Origin: an uncultured Clostridium sp.
GTDB taxonomy: Bacteria > Bacillota > Clostridia > TANB77 > CAG-508
Reading direction: 5' to 3'
Length of the DNA: 32,000 bases
NCBI GenBank assembly: GCA_948473335.1
Contig: CAOKXF010000003.1
Span: forward strand, 97,775-129,774
Part shown: positions 1 to 9,327 of the stretch, piece by piece
How positions within the stretch are numbered: the stretch's first letter is position 1
How the letters are laid out: each line of letters opens with the position of its first letter
Notes under the pieces: generated by a model
Seen by the model: the letters and a program-made list of their open reading frames with translations, nothing else
Told to the model about the DNA's origin: nothing
Databases searched by the model: none
Position numbers and translations under genes: made by a program

Positions 1-1
1 T

Positions 2-3000
2 GAAAATAAACAAGGGGAAATCGAATACGAAATAATAGATGCAGAATTAGCCAATATAAATAGAGAAACTGGTGAAGTACAAGCACAAAATAGTGGAAGA
101 ACAACAATAATAGCAAAAGAAAAGGGAACAGACAAAATAGGAGTAATACAAGTAAGAATACTAGAAAATAGTAAAATAGAGCCAATGGTAGAAACGAATG
201 GAAGCCATACAATTACATTAAAAGTAGATGGAACAGTGTGGTGTTATGGAATTGGGACTTCAGGAGAACTAGGAACAGGAAAGAAAGAAAATTCAGATGA
301 ACCAGTAAAAGCAATATTCCCAGAAGGGACGAAAATAATTCAAGTAGCAGCAGGAGAAAAACACTGTTTAGCATTAGATGAAGAAGGAAATGTATGGGCA
401 TGGGGAAGTAATGAATACTATCAGTTAGGAGATACAGGAAGTTCACGACTTGTACCAACAAAAATAAACGAACTTTCAGGAATAACAAAAATAGCAACAG
501 GAAAATATACATCATATGCAATAGGAGATTCAGGAGAAGTATATAGCTTTGGACAAAATGCAAATGGAGAAGCAGGAATAGGAAGTTATACATCTAAAAC
601 TACTGTTAAAAAGTCTCAAAATATAGCAAATGCAGTAGATATAAAAGCAGGAGAAAACCACGCAGTAGTATTAATGAGTACAGGAGAAGTATATGCCACA
701 GGATCTAATTTATATGGACAACTAGCACAAGATGTTAATCAAGTAAGAAGATTAAAACAATTTACAAAAATACAAAATTTAAGTAAAGTTGTTATGATAG
801 CAACAGGAGATAATCATAATATAGCATTAAAATCAGATGGAACGATATATACTTGGGGTTCAAATGAAAATGAAGAATTAGGATTACAATTAAAAACTAA
901 TTATGTACAAACTCCAACAAAAGTTGAAAATGTAAATGACATAAGATATATAGATGGAGGAAGTGGATATAGTCTAGCACTTAACAAACAAGGTGAAGTA
1001 TTTGTATGTGGAGAAAATAGCTTAGGAGAACTTGGAAATGCAAGTAAAACAGATGTACAAGTATTTGAAAAGCTAAATACTATACAAGATGTAATCCAAT
1101 TGTCAGGAGGAAGTACTTATACAGTCATGGTGAAAAAAGATGGAACAGTATGGGGAACAGGAGATTATGCACATGGAGATACACAAATAAAAAGTAAAAC
1201 ACAAGGAGAAATACCAATACAAGTAGGAAACGACGAAACAGGATTAACAGAACTAGAAATAACACTAAGAAAAGGCGAAAGCAAGAATATATTAGATAAT
1301 AATGTATTTGCATTCAACCTAATATATTTAGAAGAAAGTGCATTTGATAATTTGAATTTTACAAGTTTAAAATCAGATATTGCGACAATAAATAATGAAG
1401 GAATAGTTACAGGACAAAGAGTAGGAACTACTAGGGTAAAGGCAACAGATACACAAAAAACATACAGCATATTAGTGAAAGTTGTAGAAGAAGACTCAAA
1501 TGTAGCACCAAAAATAGAAGCGGGAGAAAATTTTGCAACAGTAATAAAAGCTGATGGAAGTATATGGTCATTCGGATACAATGGTGATGGAAGATTAGTA
1601 AATGGAACAAATTTGAGTAAAGATAAACCAACAGAAACAAATATAAATGGATACAAAGAAATAAAAACAGGAAATAACTTTGTAATGGTTTTAAAGGATG
1701 ATGGAACAGTATGGACAGCAGGAAATAATCTAAAAGGACAATTAGGAAGTGGAAACTTTAACTCAAGTAATACATTAGAGCAAGTAGTAGGATTAAACAA
1801 CATAGTAAAAATATCAGCAGGAAAAAACTATGCAATTGCAATAGATAATCTAGGAAATGTATACGAATGGGGAAATGGAAAAAATACGCCAGAAAAAGCA
1901 ACACAAATAGGACAGAGAATAATAGATGTAGCATGTGGAAATAATCAAACAGCATATGTAACAGCAAAAGGAACAGTAATAGGAATTGGAAATATTTTAA
2001 ATGGAAAAATAGAAGGAATAGAAAATGCAATAAAAGTACAAGTGACAGATAACAGCATAGTAATTTTGACAGATACTGAAATGGTATATGAATACAAAAA
2101 CGGAACAACAACCAAAATAGAAGTACCAGAAACAGTAATAGATATATCAGCAAAAGGATTAAATACAATGTATCAAACAGCAAGTGAAAAAACATATGTG
2201 TCAGGATTAAATACAAATGGAGAATTAGGAGTTGGAAATACAGCTGGAATCACAATACCAGAATTAGTACAAGAACATAATTCAAACACATTTGGAATAG
2301 GGGTAGGATATGCTAACACATATATTATAGAAAATACAGGAAATGTGTATGCAGCAGGAAACAACGAATATGGAAGTATAGGAAATGGAACAAGAAATGC
2401 TACACAAATACATACATTAGTAGGAGACAGATTACTAAATATAAAACCAATAACAGCAACAATGATTTCAGGGAACACAGAAACATTACAAATAGATGGA
2501 AATCCATTCAATGTATTTAAAGAAGTAGAAATAGAATTACAACAATATACAATAGAAAGTGATAATGAAGATGTAGTAACATTAAATGACCAAAAATTAA
2601 TAGCAAAAAAAGAAGGAACAGCACATATAAACATCACAGATAATGTAACAGGCTCAAAACTAGAGTTGACAAGAATAGTAGTATTACCAGAACAAGACAG
2701 AATAGAAAAAATAACAGTAGATGGGAAAGAAGCAAATTTAAAAGGTACAACAGAGGAAGGATTATTATTATATAGAGTTGAGTTAGTAACAGAAGAAAAA
2801 ACAGGACAATTAAAAATTACAACTAAAGACAAAATAGACAGAATAAGTATAGATGGTGGAACAAATTGGAGCAACAATGGAATATTAGAACAAGAAGTAC
2901 AACTTATAAATAAAATAACAATGATACCAATAAAAGTAGGCATTCAGAATAATGAGGGAGAATACATAAACACAGTAGACTATATGCTTGAAGTAGAAAA

Positions 3001-6000
3001 AATAACAGATGATACAAAAGTAAAAGAAATAACAGTAACAGAAACACAAGCAGATGGAACAGAAGATAGTGTAATAGCAACAAAAACAGATGATACTAGG
3101 TATGAAGCAGTAGTTGCACCAGATACAGAAATATCATTAACAACAATAATTACAAACAGTGAATATAGCTATATAAGTATAGACGGAAAAGATTATGAAA
3201 AACATGAACAAAATAAAAATATAACAATAGGAGAAGAAAAAAGTATAGAAATAAAATTTGCAGTAAAATCAGAGGCAGGTACAGAAAAAGAATATACATT
3301 AATAATTTACAAAAAAGATGCACTTTTAGATTTAATTAGTTTAAAAGTAGAAGGAAAAGAAGCACAAAAAGTTACGGAAACAGAATATATAGCCAAAATA
3401 TCAAAAGATATAGAAATGGCAAATATAATAGCACTAGTAAACAGTAAATTAGTAAGTGTAAGTATAGATGGAAATGCATATATACCAAGAAAAAATGAGG
3501 CACAAATACAGATACAAAATGAAGAAACAATAGTGATAATAAAAACAAAAACAGAAGAAGGAGAAACAAAAGAATATACATTAAGAATAATAAAAATATC
3601 ACAAAATACAAACTTACTAAATGTACAAGTAGATGGTAATTTAGCTATATTTAATGAAGAAGATGGAAATTATCATTATCAACTAACAGCAGCAACAAAT
3701 AAGGTTATAGTAAAAGCAGTAGCAGAAGAAACAGCACCAAACGAAACATGGGTAAGTATCAAAGACATAGAATATAAGCTATATGAAAATGAAATCGATG
3801 TAGATATAATAAAAAAAGAAACAAAAGTAAAAATAAAAGTAAAAGCGGAAGATGGAAGCGAAAAAGAATACATGTTGATAATAGAAGGCTTATCAGATAA
3901 TACAAATATAGCAAAAGTAGTAGTAAATGGCAAGGAAGCAACATATATAGAAGGAAAAAATAGATATGAAATAAGAAGTCATGAAGATAACTATGAAATA
4001 GAAGTAACACTAGAAGATATTTTAGCATCAATGATATTAGGAACAAATGGAGAACAAGTAGGAATAGACACAATAGAAATTGCGAAAGCAGGAGAGGAAA
4101 CAATAGTAACAGTAAAAGTAATATCACAAAGTAAATTAGAAACAGAAACTTACACAATCGCAATATTAGAAAAATCATCAAATAGTAGTATTGATACAAT
4201 ACTTGTAAATGACAAATTAGTAAAACAAAGAGAAGACGGAGTATATTACATAGGAGTAGCAAATGCTACAACTGAAATAAATATAAAAGCAACAGCAGAA
4301 GATACATATGCAAACACAACAATAGATGGACAAGCAAATAGCAGTTATATTGCACAGATTATAGAAAATGTAGTAGATGGAAAAACAATATATGAGTATG
4401 AAATAGTTGTAACTGCTGAAAATGGAATAGACAAAAATATATATAATTTAGTAGTTGAAGTATTAGAAGCGAATTGCAATATAATTAGAGTATTAGCAGG
4501 AGAAACAGAAGATACGCTAACCGAAGCAATATTAAAAGAAGATGGAAATTATTACTATAAAATAGGAAGAGTAGAAAAAGGAAATGTAAAAGTAGAGCTA
4601 GAATCTATAAAATCAACAGTAACTGTTAAAGGGGAAACAGGAGATGTTGTAATAGTAGATTTACTAGATGAAATAACTACTATTCCAATTGTGGTAGAAG
4701 CAGAAGATGGAACAATTAAAGAAGTTTCTCTAATTATTGAAAAGAAATCAGATGACGTAAGTTTAAAAGAAGTTACAGGTGATGATTTACTAAAAGTAGA
4801 AATAGAAGATAGTATAGTTTATGTATATGTAGATGAAGATGCAAATGAAGTAGAACTTACAGTTAAATTAAATCATGAATTTGCTAAACTGAAAATAGGA
4901 GAAGATAAAGACTATGAGTTAAATACTATTACAGAGACTATAGATTTAAGTAATTATGCAGAAAGCGGAATTGTTACTGCAGATATAGATGTAGTTGCAG
5001 AAGATGGAATTACACAAAAAATCTATACTATAAATATTAAAAAACAAGCTGACGTAGATTTAGAAAGTGTTATAGTAAATAATGACAATATTGAATATGA
5101 TGAAGAAAAAGATGGATATTTTACAATTGTTGCAAATGCTAATAGACCAGAAATTGTAATTACAGCTAAAAATAGATTACAAACAGTACAATTAATAAAT
5201 TCAAGTGGAACAGTATTAGCACAAGGAACAGGAGTATTAACAACTACAGTAAATTTAAGTACTATAGGACTTGAAGATCAATACAAAATTAAAGTAATTT
5301 CTCATAATGGAGAGGATTTTGGTAGTAAAGAGTATAACTTAATAATTAGACAAAAATCTATAGAAACAGGAATTGTTTTTGTAAAAGTAGATGGACTTGG
5401 AACAGCTGTAAGTGAAGACAAATTAACATATTCAACAGTTGTAGCTGGAAAAGATATATATCTTGTAGATATAAAGCTAGTAGATGAAAAAGCAAAAGTA
5501 AGAATAGAAGATTTAAACAATAATATATTAATAGAGAATCAAACAGGAAATTTAACAGGAAATTTAGAGATTATAGATGATGGACAATTAAAAGAATTTA
5601 AAGTAATAGTTACAGCCGAAAATGGAAATGAAAAAGAATACAAATTGCAAATAGATAGAATAAGTAGTAATTTAAATCTTGAAAGTATAACTGTAACTGA
5701 CTATGATTTAGAAGAAGAAACTATAATTACAAAAAATGTAGAAGTTTATAATGAAGATACTAAGACATATAAAGTAATTATAAATAATACTTTATCAGAA
5801 ACACAATTAAATATAAAAGCAGTTTCACAAGGAACAGAGATTACTGTAGATTCAATTGTTAATGGAACAGGAAGTGTAGAAACAATAAAAACATTGAAAG
5901 AAGAAGCAATAACAAGGGTTACAATAAAACTAAAGGCACAAGATGGTACAGTAGAAACTAGATATTTAGAAATTATAAAAGCAACAGATATTGCAGGAAA

Positions 6001-6505
6001 GATTATAACAGAAAATGTAAAAGGGGAACATATTTCTGTTGTAACAGTATACAAAATGGGAGAGACAAAAGAGAAAGTTGCAGAAGCTACAACTAAACCA
6101 GATGGTAGTTTCAAAATATTGATGTATATAACGGGGGAATATGATACAGAAATATTAGATGAGAATTATGAAGTAGTTGTAACAAAGGCAGGATATCTAG
6201 ATTACACAGTGCAAAATATAAAATTAGAAGAGGGTAAAGAAGTTAGATTAGATGACTATGAATTAATAGCTGGAGATGTTGCAGTAACAGGGGAAATTGA
6301 GATTGATGACTTAGTTGATTTGAATGATAATTTAGGGGTAATTATCACAGAAGAGAATATGTCAGAAATGTCAATATATGACTTAAATGAAGATGGTGTG
6401 ATAGATAGATTAGATAGAAATATTTTGAAGAAGAATTATGGTAAGAAGTCAGAAGTGTTAGATTATAGCTTGATAAATATTTGTGAAGAAATGAGTATAG
6501 AATAA
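2..6505 (+). CDS. Giant modular surface/secreted protein, 5' end outside the window. Contains two RCC1-repeat propellers, Big_2 Ig-like domains, 11 cadherin-like beta-sandwich modules, a carboxypeptidase-regulatory-like domain and a C-terminal dockerin-like module
   Basis: Frame 2 is open from nt 2 with no stop before the ATG at 185 used by the ORF track. Nt 2-184 read ...ANINRETGEVQAQNSGRTTIIAKEKGTDKIGVIQVRI (Big_2-like), so the gene starts upstream. RCC1 signatures recur (GENHAVVLMSTGEVYATGSNLYGQLA, GDNHNIALKSDGTIYTWGSNENEELG, GNNFVMVLKDDGTVWTAGNNLKGQLG). Eleven ~90-aa modules (about nt 2700-5975) each end in an EYxLxIxK-type strand (EYTLIIYK, EYTLRIIK, EYMLIIEG, EYNLIIRQ, EYKLQIDR). The C-terminus has an EF-hand-like loop DLNEDGVIDRLD. 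TAA at 6503-6505 is followed by a terminator. Confidence 0.9.
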   Translation, partial: ENKQGEIEYEIIDAELANINRETGEVQAQNSGRTTIIAKEKGTDKIGVIQVRILENSKIEPMVETNGSHTITLKVDGTVWCYGIGTSGELGTGKKENSDEPVKAIFPEGTKIIQVAAGEKHCLALDEEGNVWAWGSNEYYQLGDTGSSRLVPTKINELSGITKIATGKYTSYAIGDSGEVYSFGQNANGEAGIGSYTSKTTVKKSQNIANAVDIKAGENHAVVLMSTGEVYATGSNLYGQLAQDVNQVRRLKQFTKIQNLSKVVMIATGDNHNIALKSDGTIYTWGSNENEELGLQLKTNYVQTPTKVENVNDIRYIDGGSGYSLALNKQGEVFVCGENSLGELGNASKTDVQVFEKLNTIQDVIQLSGGSTYTVMVKKDGTVWGTGDYAHGDTQIKSKTQGEIPIQVGNDETGLTELEITLRKGESKNILDNNVFAFNLIYLEESAFDNLNFTSLKSDIATINNEGIVTGQRVGTTRVKATDTQKTYSILVKVVEEDSNVAPKIEAGENFATVIKADGSIWSFGYNGDGRLVNGTNLSKDKPTETNINGYKEIKTGNNFVMVLKDDGTVWTAGNNLKGQLGSGNFNSSNTLEQVVGLNNIVKISAGKNYAIAIDNLGNVYEWGNGKNTPEKATQIGQRIIDVACGNNQTAYVTAKGTVIGIGNILNGKIEGIENAIKVQVTDNSIVILTDTEMVYEYKNGTTTKIEVPETVIDISAKGLNTMYQTASEKTYVSGLNTNGELGVGNTAGITIPELVQEHNSNTFGIGVGYANTYIIENTGNVYAAGNNEYGSIGNGTRNATQIHTLVGDRLLNIKPITATMISGNTETLQIDGNPFNVFKEVEIELQQYTIESDNEDVVTLNDQKLIAKKEGTAHINITDNVTGSKLELTRIVVLPEQDRIEKITVDGKEANLKGTTEEGLLLYRVELVTEEKTGQLKITTKDKIDRISIDGGTNWSNNGILEQEVQLINKITMIPIKVGIQNNEGEYINTVDYMLEVEKITDDTKVKEITVTETQADGTEDSVIATKTDDTRYEAVVAPDTEISLTTIITNSEYSYISIDGKDYEKHEQNKNITIGEEKSIEIKFAVKSEAGTEKEYTLIIYKKDALLDLISLKVEGKEAQKVTETEYIAKISKDIEMANIIALVNSKLVSVSIDGNAYIPRKNEAQIQIQNEETIVIIKTKTEEGETKEYTLRIIKISQNTNLLNVQVDGNLAIFNEEDGNYHYQLTAATNKVIVKAVAEETAPNETWVSIKDIEYKLYENEIDVDIIKKETKVKIKVKAEDGSEKEYMLIIEGLSDNTNIAKVVVNGKEATYIEGKNRYEIRSHEDNYEIEVTLEDILASMILGTNGEQVGIDTIEIAKAGEETIVTVKVISQSKLETETYTIAILEKSSNSSIDTILVNDKLVKQREDGVYYIGVANATTEINIKATAEDTYANTTIDGQANSSYIAQIIENVVDGKTIYEYEIVVTAENGIDKNIYNLVVEVLEANCNIIRVLAGETEDTLTEAILKEDGNYYYKIGRVEKGNVKVELESIKSTVTVKGETGDVVIVDLLDEITTIPIVVEAEDGTIKEVSLIIEKKSDDVSLKEVTGDDLLKVEIEDSIVYVYVDEDANEVELTVKLNHEFAKLKIGEDKDYELNTITETIDLSNYAESGIVTADIDVVAEDGITQKIYTINIKKQADVDLESVIVNNDNIEYDEEKDGYFTIVANANRPEIVITAKNRLQTVQLINSSGTVLAQGTGVLTTTVNLSTIGLEDQYKIKVISHNGEDFGSKEYNLIIRQKSIETGIVFVKVDGLGTAVSEDKLTYSTVVAGKDIYLVDIKLVDEKAKVRIEDLNNNILIENQTGNLTGNLEIIDDGQLKEFKVIVTAENGNEKEYKLQIDRISSNLNLESITVTDYDLEEETIITKNVEVYNEDTKTYKVIINNTLSETQLNIKAVSQGTEITVDSIVNGTGSVETIKTLKEEAITRVTIKLKAQDGTVETRYLEIIKATDIAGKIITENVKGEHISVVTVYKMGETKEKVAEATTKPDGSFKILMYITGEYDTEILDENYEVVVTKAGYLDYTVQNIKLEEGKEVRLDDYELIAGDVAVTGEIEIDDLVDLNDNLGVIITEENMSEMSIYDLNEDGVIDRLDRNILKKNYGKKSEVLDYSLINICEEMSIE

Positions 6506-6581
6506 AAATATTTGTTATAGTATTAATGTAATTTAATCTTGTCTTATACGTGGAAATCTTTGATTTTCATATGCAATAAAG

Positions 6582-6616
6582 AGCACAATACATTTGTAAT
6601 AATGTATTGTGCTTTA
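6582..6616 (+). terminator. Rho-independent terminator of the giant gene
   Basis: Perfect 13-bp stem AGCACAATACATT (6582-6594) / AATGTATTGTGCT (6601-6613), loop TGTAAT, followed by TTT. Confidence 0.7.
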
Positions 6617-6720
6617 TAAACTTCAGAGTAATCCCTCAGTATTACTAAGGAATTATTATATATCAGCATAGAAATTGTACATAATTTAAAAATAACCTAA
6701 ATAAAGAATTATTATTCTAC

Positions 6721-6749
6721 TTGTAATATAGAAAAAAATATTATATAAT
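6721..6749 (+). promoter_or_regulatory. Sigma-A type promoter for the ABC-F gene
   Basis: TTGTAA (6721-6726), 17-nt spacer, TATAAT (6744-6749), about 45 nt upstream of the ATG at 6792. AT-rich background raises the false-positive risk. Confidence 0.55.
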
Positions 6750-6791
6750 TCACAATAATTAATAAAACCAAAAGGATAGGAGAGGAAAGAT

Positions 6792-8372
6792 ATGTTATCA
6801 GCAAATGGAGTAACAATACGATTTGGAAAGAGAGTATTATTTGAGGATGTAAACATAAAATTTGCAAAAGGAAATTGTTATGGAATAATAGGAGCAAATG
6901 GAGCAGGAAAATCAACATTTCTAAAAGTACTATCAGGTGAAATAGAACCAAGCAAAGGAGACGTATCATTAGAAAAAACTGAAAGAATATCAGTATTAAA
7001 GCAAGACCACTTTGCATTTGAAGAATACACAGTATTAGATACAGTAATAATGGGAAATAAAGAATTATATAATATAATGAAAGAAAAAGATGAGATATAT
7101 GCAAAACCAGATTTTTCAGAAGAAGACGGAATGAAAGCAGCGAAACTAGAAGAAAAATTTGCAGAATTAGATGGGTGGAATGCAGAAGCTGATGCAGAAA
7201 AATTATTAAATGATTTAGGAATAATACCAGAAAAACATTATAAGCTAATGAGTGAATTAGAAGCAAGAGAAAAAGTAAAAGTATTATTAGCACAAAGTTT
7301 ATTTGGAAATCCAGATGTATTACTATTAGACGAACCAACAAATGATTTAGACCTAAAAAGCATAAATTGGTTACAAGAGTTTTTAATAAACTTTGAAAAT
7401 ACTGTAATAGTAGTTTCACACGACAGGTACTTTTTAAATAAAGTGTGTACACATATAGCAGACGTAGACTTCGGAAAAATAAAAGTATATCCAGGGAACT
7501 ATGATTTCTGGTACGAATCAAGTCAATTAGCATTGAGACAAATGAAAGAACAAAACAAGAAGAAAGAAGAAAAAATAAAAGAATTACAAGACTTTATAGC
7601 GAGATTTAGTGCAAATGCATCAAAATCGAAACAAGCGACATCAAGAAAGAAGACATTAGAGAAAATAGAATTAGATGAGATAAAACCATCAAATAGAAAA
7701 TATCCATATGTAGATTTCAAGCCAGATAGAGAACCAGGAAAAGAAATATTACAGGTAAAAAATATATCAAAAACAATAAATGGAGAAAAGATATTAAATA
7801 ATATATCATTTACAGTAAAATCAAATGATAAGATAGCATTTTTAGCAGATAATGAAATAGCAAAAACAGTATTATTTCAAATAATAGCAGGAGAAATAGA
7901 ACCAGATGAAGGCGAATTAATATGGGGAACAACAATAACAAAAGATTATTTCCCTAAAGATAATAACTATTTGTTTGAAAGCGATGAAAATCTTACAGAA
8001 TGGTTAAGAAAATACTCTAAAGAACCAGATGAAACTTATGTAAGAGGATTTTTAGGAAGAATGTTGTTCTCAGGAGATGAGTCATTGAAAAAAGTAAATG
8101 TTCTATCAGGAGGAGAAAAAGTAAGATGTGTACTTTCAAAACTAATGTTATCAGGAGCAAACTTATTAATTTTTGATGAACCTACAAACCATTTAGATAT
8201 GGAAAGTATAACATCTGTAAATGAGGGAATGACAAAGTTTAAAGGTAATATATTGTTTACATCCCATGACCACCAATTGACTCAAACTGTTGCTAATAGG
8301 ATTATTGATATTAAAGATGACAAAGTTATTGATAGAGAAGTTACATATAATGAATATTTAGGAATTGAATAA
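6792..8372 (+). CDS. ABC-F family ATPase (YbiT/YkpA-like, two NBDs, no membrane domain)
   Basis: 526 aa. NBD1 has Walker A GANGAGKST and a YbiT-type atypical signature region MSELEAREKVKVLLAQSLF followed by LLLDEPTNDLD. The inter-domain linker is KKKEEKIKELQDFIARFSANASKSKQATSRKK. NBD2 has LSGGEKVR and LIFDEPTNHLD. RBS GGAGAGG precedes the ATG. Confidence 0.9.
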   Translation: MLSANGVTIRFGKRVLFEDVNIKFAKGNCYGIIGANGAGKSTFLKVLSGEIEPSKGDVSLEKTERISVLKQDHFAFEEYTVLDTVIMGNKELYNIMKEKDEIYAKPDFSEEDGMKAAKLEEKFAELDGWNAEADAEKLLNDLGIIPEKHYKLMSELEAREKVKVLLAQSLFGNPDVLLLDEPTNDLDLKSINWLQEFLINFENTVIVVSHDRYFLNKVCTHIADVDFGKIKVYPGNYDFWYESSQLALRQMKEQNKKKEEKIKELQDFIARFSANASKSKQATSRKKTLEKIELDEIKPSNRKYPYVDFKPDREPGKEILQVKNISKTINGEKILNNISFTVKSNDKIAFLADNEIAKTVLFQIIAGEIEPDEGELIWGTTITKDYFPKDNNYLFESDENLTEWLRKYSKEPDETYVRGFLGRMLFSGDESLKKVNVLSGGEKVRCVLSKLMLSGANLLIFDEPTNHLDMESITSVNEGMTKFKGNILFTSHDHQLTQTVANRIIDIKDDKVIDREVTYNEYLGIE

Positions 8373-8379
8373 TAATTAG

Positions 8380-8421
8380 AAAAATAGAAATATATGATTA
8401 AGTTATATATTTCTATTTTTT
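8380..8421. terminator. Bidirectional AT-rich hairpin between convergent genes
   Basis: Perfect 16-bp arms AAAAATAGAAATATAT (8380-8395) / ATATATTTCTATTTTT (8405-8420) with a 9-nt loop. T/A runs flank it on both strands. It lies between the stop at 8372 and the minus-strand stop at 8445. Confidence 0.6.
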
Positions 8422-8444
8422 ATATTCTAGGTTATAAATTATAA

Positions 8445-9071
8445 TTATATGTAATTATGTATTAGAGTAGATAAAAAATAATTATAAAGCAAACTAATAA
8501 TACCAACAATACCAAAAGTAATAAAAATAAAATTTGAGATAATTTTAATACTGTTTTCAGAAAATCTTTTGCCAAGTAATTTACCAAAGAAAATAGCAAT
8601 AGAATTACTAGTAACCATACCAAAAATAGAACCTAAAATCAAAGCAAATTTACAACTAGGATAATCAATACCAAGACCAATAGAAGCAAACAAAGTCTTG
8701 TCACCAAGTTCACCAATAGCAATACTAAGAGCAACTATAGTCACACAATTAAGGTATAATTTGTTAAGTTTATTAAAAAAAGAATTATTATGCTTCTTTT
8801 CTTTTTCAGGGAGGAAACCAACAATACCAAAGAACAAAAAAGAAATATAAGTAATAATTTTTAGAATAATAGGATTACCAAATAAACCAATTTGACTACC
8901 TAATAAAATGGCAATACCATGACTTAAGAAAGTACCAATAGAAACACCAAGAAGAACACGAGTAGCTTTGTTATGTGTAGAAAAAGATAAAACAAGAATT
9001 TGAGTTTTATCGCCCAATTCCGAAAAGAATATAATAGTGAAAGCAATAACAAAAGGATAAATAAAATGCAT
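8445..9071 (-). CDS. UPF0016 / GDT1 (TMEM165) family membrane protein, putative Mn2+/Ca2+ transporter
   Basis: 208 aa polytopic protein. It carries the two hallmark E-x-G-D-K-T motifs, SELGDKTQ near the N-terminus and GELGDKTL in the second half. Confidence 0.85.
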   Translation of the reverse strand: MHFIYPFVIAFTIIFFSELGDKTQILVLSFSTHNKATRVLLGVSIGTFLSHGIAILLGSQIGLFGNPIILKIITYISFLFFGIVGFLPEKEKKHNNSFFNKLNKLYLNCVTIVALSIAIGELGDKTLFASIGLGIDYPSCKFALILGSIFGMVTSNSIAIFFGKLLGKRFSENSIKIISNFIFITFGIVGIISLLYNYFLSTLIHNYI

Positions 9072-9196
9072 TTAAAAGCTCCTTTCAAAGAAAATAGTTT
9101 ATATGAAGTGTTAATTTTAAAATAAAATATATTGTTAATACATATGAAGAAAAAATATGAAAATAAATCGTTAGAAGTAAATTATCCGTAAGGAAA

Positions 9197-9248
9197 TTGT
9201 AAATTTTTTGTGAATGATATTTACAAGAACGAAAATAAATGTTAGTAT
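9197..9248 (+). promoter_or_regulatory. Inverted repeat overlapping a candidate promoter in the divergent intergenic region
   Basis: 8-bp inverted repeat TTGTAAAT (9197-9204) / ATTTACAA (9219-9226). TTACAA (9221-9226), 16 nt, TAGTAT (9243-9248) could drive the ABC operon. Confidence 0.3.
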
Positions 9249-9327
9249 GTGCCTATAAGAAAACGGAGCATAGATTTTCTAGTATAGTGTATCCGTAGAT
9301 AGAACTTATAATAAGGAGGAAACTTTC

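Noticed and set aside
213-6114. Many minus-strand ORFs inside the giant gene (for example 1165-1803, 2173-2943 and 3759-4262, up to 256 aa)
   Set aside because: They lie entirely antisense to a well-supported modular CDS. Their translations are low-complexity Leu/Phe/Ser/Ile strings, as expected from reading the complement of a purine-rich (GAA/AAA/GGA) coding strand. None has an RBS.
6621-6650. Small hairpin AGTAAT-CCCTCAGT-ATTACT after the giant-gene terminator
   Set aside because: It has only a 6-bp A/T-rich stem with no U-tract or conserved motif, which is insufficient to call a regulatory RNA.
6712-7533. 273-aa minus-strand ORF overlapping the ABC-F gene
   Set aside because: It is antisense to a strongly supported ABC-F CDS, its Leu/Ile/Phe-rich sequence has no motifs, and it runs across the ABC-F promoter region.
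9072-9327. Possible yybP-ykoY (Mn2+) riboswitch upstream of the UPF0016 transporter
   Set aside because: Some UPF0016 genes carry this riboswitch. However, the 256-nt leader region read on the minus strand lacks the conserved GGGGAGTAG and GAGAC-type blocks and has no G/C-rich helices.
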